Assembly (NCBI GenBank): GCA_963718585.1
Contig: OY970357.1
Span: 990,001-1,022,000 of the forward strand
Direction: 5' to 3'
DNA from: Candidatus Saccharimonadota bacterium
GTDB taxonomy: Bacteria > Patescibacteriota > Patescibacteriia > 2-12-FULL-60-25
DNA length: 32,000 bases
Shown piece after piece: positions 24,974 to 32,000 of the stretch. The notes under the pieces are model-generated. The model saw only the letters and a list, made by a program, of their open reading frames with translations. It ran no database searches and was not told where the DNA came from. Positions within the stretch are counted from its first letter, which is position 1; each line of letters starts with the position of its first letter. Position numbers and translations under genes: made by a program.

Positions 24974-26272
24974 CTATGCTTGCTTGATCCCTTTTTCTTT
25001 GAGTAGCCCCAGGACCATCCGGTTCTTCATCTGCACCGCAACGTATTCGCGATACTCCGGAGAGCTCACCTGTTCCCGTGCCTCCGTGTCGCCCGGTTTG
25101 AGCGCGGCGAGGATCTTGTCGATCTCCGCATCGATCTCCGTGTCATTCACCGTAACATTCTCTCGTTTTGCGACCTCTTTGATCACGAGGGCGGTCTTGA
25201 TCCGTTCAAGCGCACGCGGGATGAACTCTATCCGGAGATCGTCGAGCGTCTTTTTGATGCTCGCGAGGTAATCTTGCATGTTTCCGCCTTGGTTCATGAT
25301 GCCGCGCTCGAGTTCGCTTAGCATGCGTCTCACTTCTTCGGTCGTGAGGAGATCCGGGATGTCGCTGAAACGGCTTTCTTTCACCAAGGTTTCGAGCAAT
25401 TCGATCTCCGCAGCCTCATCCGCTTTTTGGTCCGCTTCGTTTTGGAGGTTTTGCTTGATGACCTCGCGGAGTTTTTCCATGCTCTCAACGCCGACCCCTT
25501 TTGCGAAGGCATCATCCGCATCCGGCAGGCGCAACTCGTTCACATCGAGGACCGTGACATCGAATTGTGCCGGGTGGCCAGCGAGCGTCTTGTTGTAGTG
25601 GTCCGCGGGAAAGTCGAGAGAGAAGTCGAGGTGGTCACCTTTCTTTGCGCCGACGAGTTTCTCGGCGAATCCCGGGATGGTGTTCTGTTCGTTGAGATAC
25701 ACGCGGTAATTCTTCGTGGTCCCGCCCTCGACCGGCACGCCATCCTTTTTGATGACGAGGTCGATCGTGAGCATGTCTTCTTTGGTCGCTGGACGATCCA
25801 CAACGGCTTCGGTCCGACGCATGGCCCGAAGTTCTTCGATCGCCTTGTCGACCTCCGTATCTGCGACCTCCTGCCTCTTCTTCCGTTCCACGATCTTCCG
25901 ATCATAGTCCGCGAGATTCGTTGCGTGCGGCATCACATCGGCCGTGACCGAAAAGACGATATCCTGCTGTGGGACGAGCGTATCCACGGCAACGGACGGG
26001 GAACCGACCGTCTCGATCCCTTCATCAAGGACCGTCTTCACATATTGGGCGCGGACGATCCGTTCGAGTGCCGTCTCCCAGATGTGCATCTCGCCAAAGG
26101 CGCGGACCGCGTCATCGTATGTCGCCTTCCCGGGGCGGAATCCTTTGATCGGTTTGGCGGTGGTGAGGTCGGTAACCGCTTGGTCGAGATAGGGCTTCGC
26201 ATCCTCAGGTGTCACGGTGAATGTAAGCTTGACCTGGGATTTCGGGAGATGGGTGATCGTCGGTTGCTGCAT
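24974..26272 (-). CDS. tig: Trigger factor
   Basis: MQQPTITHLPKSQVKLTFTVTPEDAKPYLDQAV...IKGFRPGKAT, followed by a PPIase-like middle and a helical C-terminal domain. The start at 26272 is preferred because the longer ORF (26308) overlaps its own promoter. Confidence 0.92.
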   Translation of the reverse strand: MQQPTITHLPKSQVKLTFTVTPEDAKPYLDQAVTDLTTAKPIKGFRPGKATYDDAVRAFGEMHIWETALERIVRAQYVKTVLDEGIETVGSPSVAVDTLVPQQDIVFSVTADVMPHATNLADYDRKIVERKKRQEVADTEVDKAIEELRAMRRTEAVVDRPATKEDMLTIDLVIKKDGVPVEGGTTKNYRVYLNEQNTIPGFAEKLVGAKKGDHLDFSLDFPADHYNKTLAGHPAQFDVTVLDVNELRLPDADDAFAKGVGVESMEKLREVIKQNLQNEADQKADEAAEIELLETLVKESRFSDIPDLLTTEEVRRMLSELERGIMNQGGNMQDYLASIKKTLDDLRIEFIPRALERIKTALVIKEVAKRENVTVNDTEIDAEIDKILAALKPGDTEAREQVSSPEYREYVAVQMKNRMVLGLLKEKGIKQA

Positions 26273-26286
26273 AGGTTTGTCGGTCG

Positions 26287-26315
26287 AGAGTAGGTGAAAA
26301 TGTCCCAAATGTCAA
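26287..26315 (-). promoter_or_regulatory. Sigma70-type promoter of tig
   Basis: Minus strand: TTGACA (26315-26310), a 17-nt spacer, then TACTCT (26292-26287). The ATG is 14 nt downstream of the -10. Confidence 0.55.
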
Positions 26316-26326
26316 TCGATAGAAAG

Positions 26327-26356
26327 CTCCCGGCATTGAGCCGGGAGTCCTTTTTT
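26327..26356. terminator. GC-rich hairpin with flanking A/T runs, 3' of the LysM/M23 gene
   Basis: CTCCCGG, 7-nt loop, CCGGGAG, then TCCTTTTTT on the plus strand. On the minus strand it is followed by CTTTCT, which is weaker. Confidence 0.5.
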
Positions 26357-26358
26357 CA

Positions 26359-27927
26359 TCAGCGGATGTAACTGAGCGGATTCACGCGTTTACCGTTCAC
26401 GTAGACCTCGAAGTGCAGGTGCGTTCCGGTGGAGTGTCCCGTCGTCCCGACCATGGCAATGACCTGTCCGCGCTTCACGTGATCGCCAGCCTTCACGAAC
26501 ATCTTGGAGCTATGTGCGTATCGCGTTTTCATGCCGTTTGGGTTATCGATGAGGATCATGAGCCCATAGCCTCCATTATTCCATCCCGCGATCTCGACGA
26601 CGCCGTCGGCGGCCGCGTAGATCGGAGAGGAGTAGTCACCGTCGATGTCCACGCCTGTGTGCTTCCAGCTGTAGTATTGCGTGATGACGTGTCCGGATGT
26701 GGGCCAAAGAAGTTTACCGCTCGCCGGCACAGTACCCGTATCCGGCGGTTTTGGCACAGAGATCGGTGCCGTGACCGAAAGGGGCGGGGGTGAAGATGCG
26801 CGGGCGACGGCGACCGCTTGTGTTTGTACGATCGCCGGCGGCGTCCCACCTGGGACCATGACCTCTTGCCCAACGGCAAGGGTCGCATCAGTAGAAAGAT
26901 GGTTGAACGATGTGATCTCATTCAGGTCCGCGCTGGTGCGTGACGCGATCTTTTGGAGGGTATCGCCTTTTTGGACCGTGACCAGCAAGCCGGACACCGG
27001 CGGGATCTTGAGCGTATCACCCGGTCTGATGTATTCCCGTTCGGACAGGTTGTTGTTCCATAGGATCGTGCCGACGTTCACCCCGAATTTTTGTGCGATC
27101 CCACCGATCGTGTCGTTCTCTTGGACCGTGTAGGTCTCTGTCTTGGTGCGCGGCGTGGCAGGAGCGCCCTGCGCTGTCTCTTCGATCGGCTGAGCCGCGA
27201 TCGTTCCGGGGACAACGATCGAAGGAGCGACATCCGTCGTGATGTCGGAGTAATCAAAGTCGACATGTGGGATCGCGATGACCGTCGCAGATCCGAGGTA
27301 GGCGGTGTTTTTCGTCGCCGTTTCCGGGCGGACCTGTTCTTCCACGATCTCGGTCTGTTGACCGGTCGCGAGGGCGAAGAGAAGCGACTGCGTCCCGATG
27401 TCCTTTGCATTTGCCTGGCGTCCTTGGAAGTTCGTGAGGATCGTGGCGATCGCGATGATGCCGAGGGCTGCATGAAAGAGGTACCGGTTGGTCACGAAGA
27501 AGATGACGAAGCCGCGTGCGGGGAGGGCGAGGCGGCGGACACGCAAACGGATCATGATGCCGATCCGGTATATCGGAAGCACGAAAAAACGGACGAAGAG
27601 TCGTCCGAGTGGCGAAAGGCCACGCCCCAACGCGCGGAAGATCCGTTGGACTCCGCGTTTGATGCTTCGCATCACCCGAAAAGCGATGAGTGCAAGCCTG
27701 GTAGCGAAATGGGAGAGAGGAGAGGGAATAGAGACCTCGCTGACCCGTCGTACGCGTCGGGAACCGGAAGATCCGGGTATCCCGACAGGCGCGGACTGGG
27801 ATGGGACGGTTCCGTTGGTGCGGAACCGGTTGTGACCTTTTGAGTGCGAATGACCGTACCAATGCTGCGGGGGAGGGTCAAGGGTCTTTGGCGCAAAAAT
27901 GGCTTTGTTTAGCGGTAAAATGAGCAT
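26359..27927 (-). CDS. Membrane-anchored LysM (x2) plus M23 family metallopeptidase
   Basis: TM helix FVIFFVTNRYLFHAALGIIAIATILTNF. LysM repeats YTVQENDTIGGIAQKFGVNVGTILWNN and VTVQKGDTLQKIASRTSADLNEITSFN. M23 motifs HTGVD (HxxxD) and GTHLHFEV (HxH). The start codon is uncertain. Confidence 0.9.
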   Translation of the reverse strand: MLILPLNKAIFAPKTLDPPPQHWYGHSHSKGHNRFRTNGTVPSQSAPVGIPGSSGSRRVRRVSEVSIPSPLSHFATRLALIAFRVMRSIKRGVQRIFRALGRGLSPLGRLFVRFFVLPIYRIGIMIRLRVRRLALPARGFVIFFVTNRYLFHAALGIIAIATILTNFQGRQANAKDIGTQSLLFALATGQQTEIVEEQVRPETATKNTAYLGSATVIAIPHVDFDYSDITTDVAPSIVVPGTIAAQPIEETAQGAPATPRTKTETYTVQENDTIGGIAQKFGVNVGTILWNNNLSEREYIRPGDTLKIPPVSGLLVTVQKGDTLQKIASRTSADLNEITSFNHLSTDATLAVGQEVMVPGGTPPAIVQTQAVAVARASSPPPLSVTAPISVPKPPDTGTVPASGKLLWPTSGHVITQYYSWKHTGVDIDGDYSSPIYAAADGVVEIAGWNNGGYGLMILIDNPNGMKTRYAHSSKMFVKAGDHVKRGQVIAMVGTTGHSTGTHLHFEVYVNGKRVNPLSYIR

Positions 27928-27950
27928 ACTTCTGATAACAAAGCCAAATT

Positions 27951-29465
27951 TTAGGCTTCACCGACCCGGCGGTACTGGAGGGCTTCTGCGACGTGTTCCA
28001 CGAGCACGGAGTCGGATGCGGAGAGATCTGCGATCGTGCGGCTGACCTTTAAGACTCGAAAGTACGCACGTGCGGAAAGGCGGAATCGATCGATCGCTTG
28101 GCGGAGGAGCGAGCGAGCGTCCGGTTCCAGGGTCACGAGCCGCCGCGTCTGTTCGCTCGTCAGTTCTGCATTCATGACGACCCGTGATCCGGCATATCGC
28201 TTTGACTGCAGATCACGAGCCGCTTGGACGCGCTGTCGGACCTGATCGGACGGTTCACCGGGCGAGAGGTCTGTCAGCTTGTCGGTCGGGACCTTCGGGA
28301 CTTCGATCGCCAGGTCGATCCGATCGAGTAATGGACCTGAGAGTCGTTTGCGATATCGCATCAGTTGGAGCTGGGTACAGGTGCACGCGCGATCCGGATC
28401 CGTCGCGTACCCACATGGGCATGGGTTCATGGCTGCAACAAGGAGAAACCGTGCCGGGAAGACGACCGTACCCTGCGCGCGTGAAACAGAGACGAATCCA
28501 TCTTCAAGCGGTTGGCGCAGATGTTCTAAGACGGCACGTGGGAATTCAGGGAGTTCATCCAAAAAGAGGACCCCGCGATGCGCAAGGGAGATCTCACCGG
28601 GTTTTGGGATCGATCCGCCACCGACGAGGGCGATGCCGGATGCCGAGTGATGTGGGGATCGGAATGGTCGGTGGGAAACATACCCTGTCGCCGGCAAGTT
28701 TCCGGCGACCGAATGGATGCGTGTCACATCCAGCGCCTCCTCGACCGTCAGTCGAGGTAGGACGCCGGGAATGGATCGGGCAAGGAGGGTCTTGCCGGAA
28801 CCAGGCGGTCCTTGGAGCAGGAGGTTGTGGCCACCGGCGGCTGCGACCTCAAGCGCGCGCTTGGCTTGCTCCTGCCCGCGGATCGCAGAAAGATCCGGTG
28901 CGGTGATCATCAGATCCGGTGCGATCTCGCGTGGCTCCGTCCGTGCAAGAGGTGTCCGTCCGCGGATATGATCGACCACGTCGCGGAGCGTCCGTGCCGC
29001 GCGCACGGTCACGGACGGGACCAGGGAAGCTTCCTCCGCGTTCGCTTCAGGGACGATGATCTCTTCGATCCCCAGCGATACGGCGAGGAGCGCTGTGGAG
29101 AGCGCGCCGGTGATCGGTCGGAGCCGTCCATCGAGGGAAAGCTCACCGGCATAGAGACAGGCGCGCGGATCGCGGGTCGGAAGGTCCCCGTTCGCTGTGA
29201 GGATCGCGATCGCAATGGGAAGATCAAAACCGGTCCCGGCTTTTCGCAGATCAGCAGGGGCAAGGTTGATCGTGACCTTGGTCCGCGGAAATGGGAGCTC
29301 GGTATGTTTCATCGCGCTTTTGACACGCTCTCGGGCTTCTTGGACTGCGGCATCCGGAAGTCCCACGATGAGAAAAGCGCCCAGACCGGGAGAGATATCC
29401 GCTTCCGTCTCGACCGGATGTGCGTCGAGTCCGATGATCGATGATGTGAGGATGCGTGAAGACAT
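27951..29465 (-). CDS. comM: Mg-chelatase-like AAA+ ATPase, YifB/ComM family
   Basis: MSSRILTSSIIGLDAHPVETEADISPGLGAFLIVGLPDAAVQEARERV. Walker A is GPPGSGKTLLA and Walker B is VLFLDELPEF. The ORF track start 29486 is 7 codons upstream. Confidence 0.9.
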   Translation of the reverse strand: MSSRILTSSIIGLDAHPVETEADISPGLGAFLIVGLPDAAVQEARERVKSAMKHTELPFPRTKVTINLAPADLRKAGTGFDLPIAIAILTANGDLPTRDPRACLYAGELSLDGRLRPITGALSTALLAVSLGIEEIIVPEANAEEASLVPSVTVRAARTLRDVVDHIRGRTPLARTEPREIAPDLMITAPDLSAIRGQEQAKRALEVAAAGGHNLLLQGPPGSGKTLLARSIPGVLPRLTVEEALDVTRIHSVAGNLPATGYVSHRPFRSPHHSASGIALVGGGSIPKPGEISLAHRGVLFLDELPEFPRAVLEHLRQPLEDGFVSVSRAQGTVVFPARFLLVAAMNPCPCGYATDPDRACTCTQLQLMRYRKRLSGPLLDRIDLAIEVPKVPTDKLTDLSPGEPSDQVRQRVQAARDLQSKRYAGSRVVMNAELTSEQTRRLVTLEPDARSLLRQAIDRFRLSARAYFRVLKVSRTIADLSASDSVLVEHVAEALQYRRVGEA

Positions 29466-29530
29466 AGTTCGAGGCCGCATCCGCACCCCTCTCTACACCG
29501 CTACGTGTTGTTGATCATCGTGTCAAGAAG

Positions 29531-29554
29531 AAAAAAAGACCCCAAGAAGGGGTC
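29531..29554 (-). terminator. Rho-independent terminator overlapping the stop of the 128-aa gene
   Basis: Minus strand: GACCCC, loop TTCTT, GGGGTC, then TTTTTTT. Confidence 0.7.
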
Positions 29555-29939
29555 AGGACGTTTCTTTGGCCATTGCATCAAGACGGCGTTGAAGGGAGGT
29601 TCGCTCCAGATCGATGTCTTCGCGAACGTCCATGGGCATGGCGTGATATGCGTACTCGAGTGCGCAGAGCCGCATGAAGTGCTCACCGTATGGCACGGTC
29701 TTGCAGACCACGATGGCACGGCCACAGTCCGAACACTGGGCGACGCGAACATGGAAATCCTGTTCGAGCGTCTTGCCAGTCGGACTTTTATGCGACGGCA
29801 ACTGACCGACGAAGGTAAAGGTCCGACCGCCGATCAGTGTATGTGTGCACGTCTCGTGCGGCGTATCGATGGCACTGACCAACAGGATGGTACTTGCGAG
29901 GAGAAAAAAGACCAAAACGAACGATGAAACCATGCGCAC
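29553..29939 (-). CDS. Small secreted or membrane-anchored Cys/His-containing hypothetical protein
   Basis: 128 aa. Signal peptide MRMVSSFVLVFFLLASTILLVSA. Six Cys, including a CSDC pair. It has its own terminator. The antisense 140-aa ORF has no such features. Confidence 0.55.
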   Translation of the reverse strand: MRMVSSFVLVFFLLASTILLVSAIDTPHETCTHTLIGGRTFTFVGQLPSHKSPTGKTLEQDFHVRVAQCSDCGRAIVVCKTVPYGEHFMRLCALEYAYHAMPMDVREDIDLERTSLQRRLDAMAKETS

Positions 29940-29975
29940 CTCCGCGCACGAACGTAGCGGAGCTTGGTCGGTCCG

Positions 29976-30416
29976 TCAAGCCTGGTGACGACGCGGTACG
30001 AGTAAAAGAAGGATCCCAAGACCGATGGCGATGTCAGCCACATTGATGACGGATCGATTGAAGAGAAGGATCCAATCAAAAACGAATCCCCAGGCAATGC
30101 GATCCGTGAGGTTCCCGAGTGCGCCCGCGAGGATACAGGCCCAGGCGATCGCGTCTCGCGTTTGATCGTGGCGAAGGCTGCGGATCAACAGGATGAGGAC
30201 GCCGAGCGAGATCACACCCGTCAAAACAAGGATCGCCGTGTAGGGGACCGGCGCATTTGCGAGCAACCCGTGATTCTGATGGACCGTGAGCGCAAGAAGG
30301 TTCGGAATGAGCACGGCGGACGCATTCGCGAAGAGCGATTTTGTGAGACGGTCCAATAGAAAAAATCCTCCACCAGCAGCGAGGCTTACGAGGAGGGTGT
30401 GTTTGACTCGAGGCAT
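29976..30416 (-). CDS. lspA: Lipoprotein signal peptidase (signal peptidase II)
   Basis: 146 aa with four hydrophobic segments and the conserved motifs GALGNLTDR and NVADIAIGLG. Confidence 0.9.
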   Translation of the reverse strand: MPRVKHTLLVSLAAGGGFFLLDRLTKSLFANASAVLIPNLLALTVHQNHGLLANAPVPYTAILVLTGVISLGVLILLIRSLRHDQTRDAIAWACILAGALGNLTDRIAWGFVFDWILLFNRSVINVADIAIGLGILLLLVPRRHQA

Positions 30417-30532
30417 GTGTATTGCGATGCGGACGGTGGAGAATGGGAGGACGTGCGTGTAACGGACGTGATTGTACGGCGAGCAATGACCGGAGCATTC
30501 GACGAACGGTTGCGCCGAACACGCATACCGAC

Positions 30533-30907
30533 CTACATCTCCTGTGTCAGGATCTTCTTGCAGTTGATACAGCTTGAGGAAGCGGGTCGAGCCTCGAGGC
30601 GCTTCTCATCAATCGGTTTGTTGCAGTATTTGCAGACGCCGTAGGTCCCTTTTTCGATCGAGCTCAGTGCCTTGTCTACGTCCTTCAACTCGGCCTCGAT
30701 CCGCGCCTCGATCGACAGATCGTCTGCATACTCCGCGATCTCCACGGCATTGTCATCGTCAGAGTTGCTTCCGGATTCAGGGTACGTCGGTTCAAAATGT
30801 CCCGGCCGCGTCGGGTCGCTTTTTCCAAAATCCTGCAGCTCCTGCTGGAACCGTTCCTTTTCCTGCTTCAATCGTTCCGTGAAGTGGGCGAGTTTCTCCG
30901 GGGTCAT
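30533..30907 (-). CDS. DksA/TraR-family C4 zinc-finger protein
   Basis: 124 aa. It has a coiled-coil-like acidic N-half and the C-terminal CKYCNKPIDEKRLEARPASSSCINC (CxxC-N17-CxxC). Confidence 0.85.
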   Translation of the reverse strand: MTPEKLAHFTERLKQEKERFQQELQDFGKSDPTRPGHFEPTYPESGSNSDDDNAVEIAEYADDLSIEARIEAELKDVDKALSSIEKGTYGVCKYCNKPIDEKRLEARPASSSCINCKKILTQEM

Positions 30908-31004
30908 ATCGATAGAGTAGCGCTTTGTTGCGGTACATCATAGTCAGGATCTCCTCTAGTGTCAATCTATGAGGCCATCCGTGATCAGAGGAGGTGTTGA
31001 TTTT

Positions 31005-31071
31005 TGGGCAAAAAGAAAAGAGCCGCGGTGGGACCCTTATGCATAATGCGCAAATATGGTCTCGCGGCTCT
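31005..31071 (-). terminator. Strong rho-independent terminator on the minus strand
   Basis: AGAGCCGCG (31019-31027) pairs with CGCGGCTCT (31063-31071), and an inner helix GGGACC/GGTCTC is possible. On the minus strand the hairpin is followed by CTTTTCTTTTTG. Confidence 0.55.
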
Positions 31072-31600
31072 TAGGCCGGAGTGCGGTTCGTTTCGTCGAG
31101 AGCTTCCAAGGGGAAGCGAGACGGCTGGTCGCCGTGACGATATGAACACGAGCTGGATTCCGGTCCAGAAAAAAGAACTGCTGTCCTGACCCAATCCTGG
31201 CGGTAGCCCCAAACGGGCCGATGGCACGTTATCGTGGGGACGCCTCGAAGCGTTTTCGTTGTGGTTTTTGATTTCATTTGTACCCACACGAAGCAGGTAC
31301 TGGGTTTGAGTCAAGGCACTTGGATCGACCTCTGTGCTGTTTTGGGCACCGAGATCTATTTTGTATAGCAGTTTTGCAAAGAGCGTGAGGTCGTCGGCGC
31401 GCTTGGCGCCTCCTGAAAGAGTGTTGGAATCAGGCGGTTTCCGCGAGATTCTGCAGGTATACTGGAAAGAGCGTTGCCGCCGTAGCGGCTACACAGCAGA
31501 TGCGCTGTGTATATACATGATACGTCGAAAATGGATCTGAATCAATCCACAGGGTTCACGGTGCAGGGTTAAGCGGAGAAACGAACTTATCCACAAAGCT
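31072..31600 (-). ncRNA. Candidate structured non-coding RNA or long leader (family not identified)
   Basis: No credible ORF on either strand. Many local hairpins: GCTTCC-AAGG-GGAAGC (31101-31116), CTGGA-TTCCGG-TCCAG (31153-31168), GCCGC-CGTA-GCGGC (31476-31489) and ACACAGC-AGATGC-GCTGTGT (31491-31510). The region ends at the minus-strand terminator. The boundaries are guesses. Confidence 0.25.
31587..31595 (+). promoter_or_regulatory. Isolated perfect DnaA box TTATCCACA
   Basis: An exact 9-mer consensus match. It is a single copy, so its function is not implied. Confidence 0.3.
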
Positions 31601-31615
31601 GTGCAAAATGATATT

Positions 31616-32000
31616 TTAGGGTGTGGAAAGTTTTGACACGCAAACGAGTGCCTTACCGTCTTTTTCTGCGATGGAGAGGTCAAAAGCTAGGCGGAGTCCA
31701 GGGATCACACGATGAAAGAGGTCGGTCATGGCTGATCGAGAAAGATGGGCGATCACCGTGGCGTCATCACAAGGTGGCGTGCTGGATGTATTGACCCCAT
31801 CTAGGACCGAGGCTGTGGTTTCTGTGAGACGGACTCGTGTGCCGGAGACGGCTTCCCAATCCGTGTATGCGGAGACGCTCGTGGCGTTCGGGAGAAGCAT
31901 GCGTTCGGCGAGTGTTCCGTCTGGTAGCGTAATGGGTTCAAAGTCCGCTCGACGGCCGAGAGCGGCCACGGCTTGCCGCGTCGATGTTGGGAGGGACGGT
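31616..32000 (-). CDS. Hypothetical protein, C-terminal part (5' end outside the window)
   Basis: The frame stays open upstream of the GTG at 31969 to the window edge (…PSLPTSTRQAVAALGRRADFEPITLPDGTLAERMLL…). I recognised no motif. Confidence 0.55.
   Translation of the reverse strand, partial: PSLPTSTRQAVAALGRRADFEPITLPDGTLAERMLLPNATSVSAYTDWEAVSGTRVRLTETTASVLDGVNTSSTPPCDDATVIAHLSRSAMTDLFHRVIPGLRLAFDLSIAEKDGKALVCVSKLSTP

Noticed and set aside
29505-29927. A 140-aa plus-strand ORF antisense to the 128-aa gene.
   Set aside because: It has no signal peptide, promoter or terminator support. It would also run through the minus-strand terminator hairpin. The minus-strand reading has a signal peptide and a terminator. 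The uncertainty is reflected in the confidence score.
30985-31330. Specific ncRNA identities were tested by eye: RNase P RNA (a CUCCGGCCUAAG stretch vaguely like CR-V), tmRNA (GGGGCUACCGCCAGGAUUGGGUC vaguely like a tmRNA 5' end), SRP RNA (GGGUCAGGACAGCAG and CUGGACCGGAAUCCAGC), and T-box (AAGGGUCCCACCGCG).
   Set aside because: In each case the indispensable elements are missing. There is no GAGGAAAGUCC partner strand. There is no tRNA-like T-arm/CCA 3' end pairing with the 5' end. There is no GGAA tetraloop closed by the conserved symmetric loop. The UGGN tRNA-binding bulge is replaced by UCCC. The region is left as an unclassified candidate.

Overview
The window reads as an origin-proximal chromosomal segment of a bacterium using the standard genetic code. 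It contains rpmH <-> dnaA-dnaN-rnpA-yidD. Other housekeeping genes are rpsT, holA-like, polA, a class A PBP, nfo, tig, a LysM/M23 peptidase, comM/yifB, lspA and a DksA/TraR-type zinc finger. There are three tRNAs with encoded CCA: Ala-CGC, Arg-CCU and Cys-GCA. Near-consensus sigma70-type promoters sit a few nt from start codons, and I saw no Shine-Dalgarno motifs. Together with the protein architectures, this suggests an uncultivated Patescibacteria/CPR-like organism, but that is inference only. The most unusual part is the left 9 kb. Five co-directional genes there encode secreted or surface proteins: an LVIVD-repeat adhesin-like protein absent from the ORF track because it runs off the window, a 1088-aa FN3/CarboxypepD_reg multi-TM protein, a DUF916/DUF3324-like protein, and two WxL-like paralogs. 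Upstream lies a strongly AT-rich region carrying five copies of a 16-18 bp palindrome, TGTTTCAYRTGAAACA. Other notable items: a perfect 69-bp duplication of the tRNA-Cys 3' end plus its terminator; DnaA-box clusters flanking dnaA; a double-hairpin palindromic element forming the 3' tail of nfo; an orphan 309-aa gene; and a ~700-bp ORF-poor, hairpin-rich region ending in a strong minus-strand terminator (candidate ncRNA, family not identified). No CRISPR array, integrase or transposase was seen.
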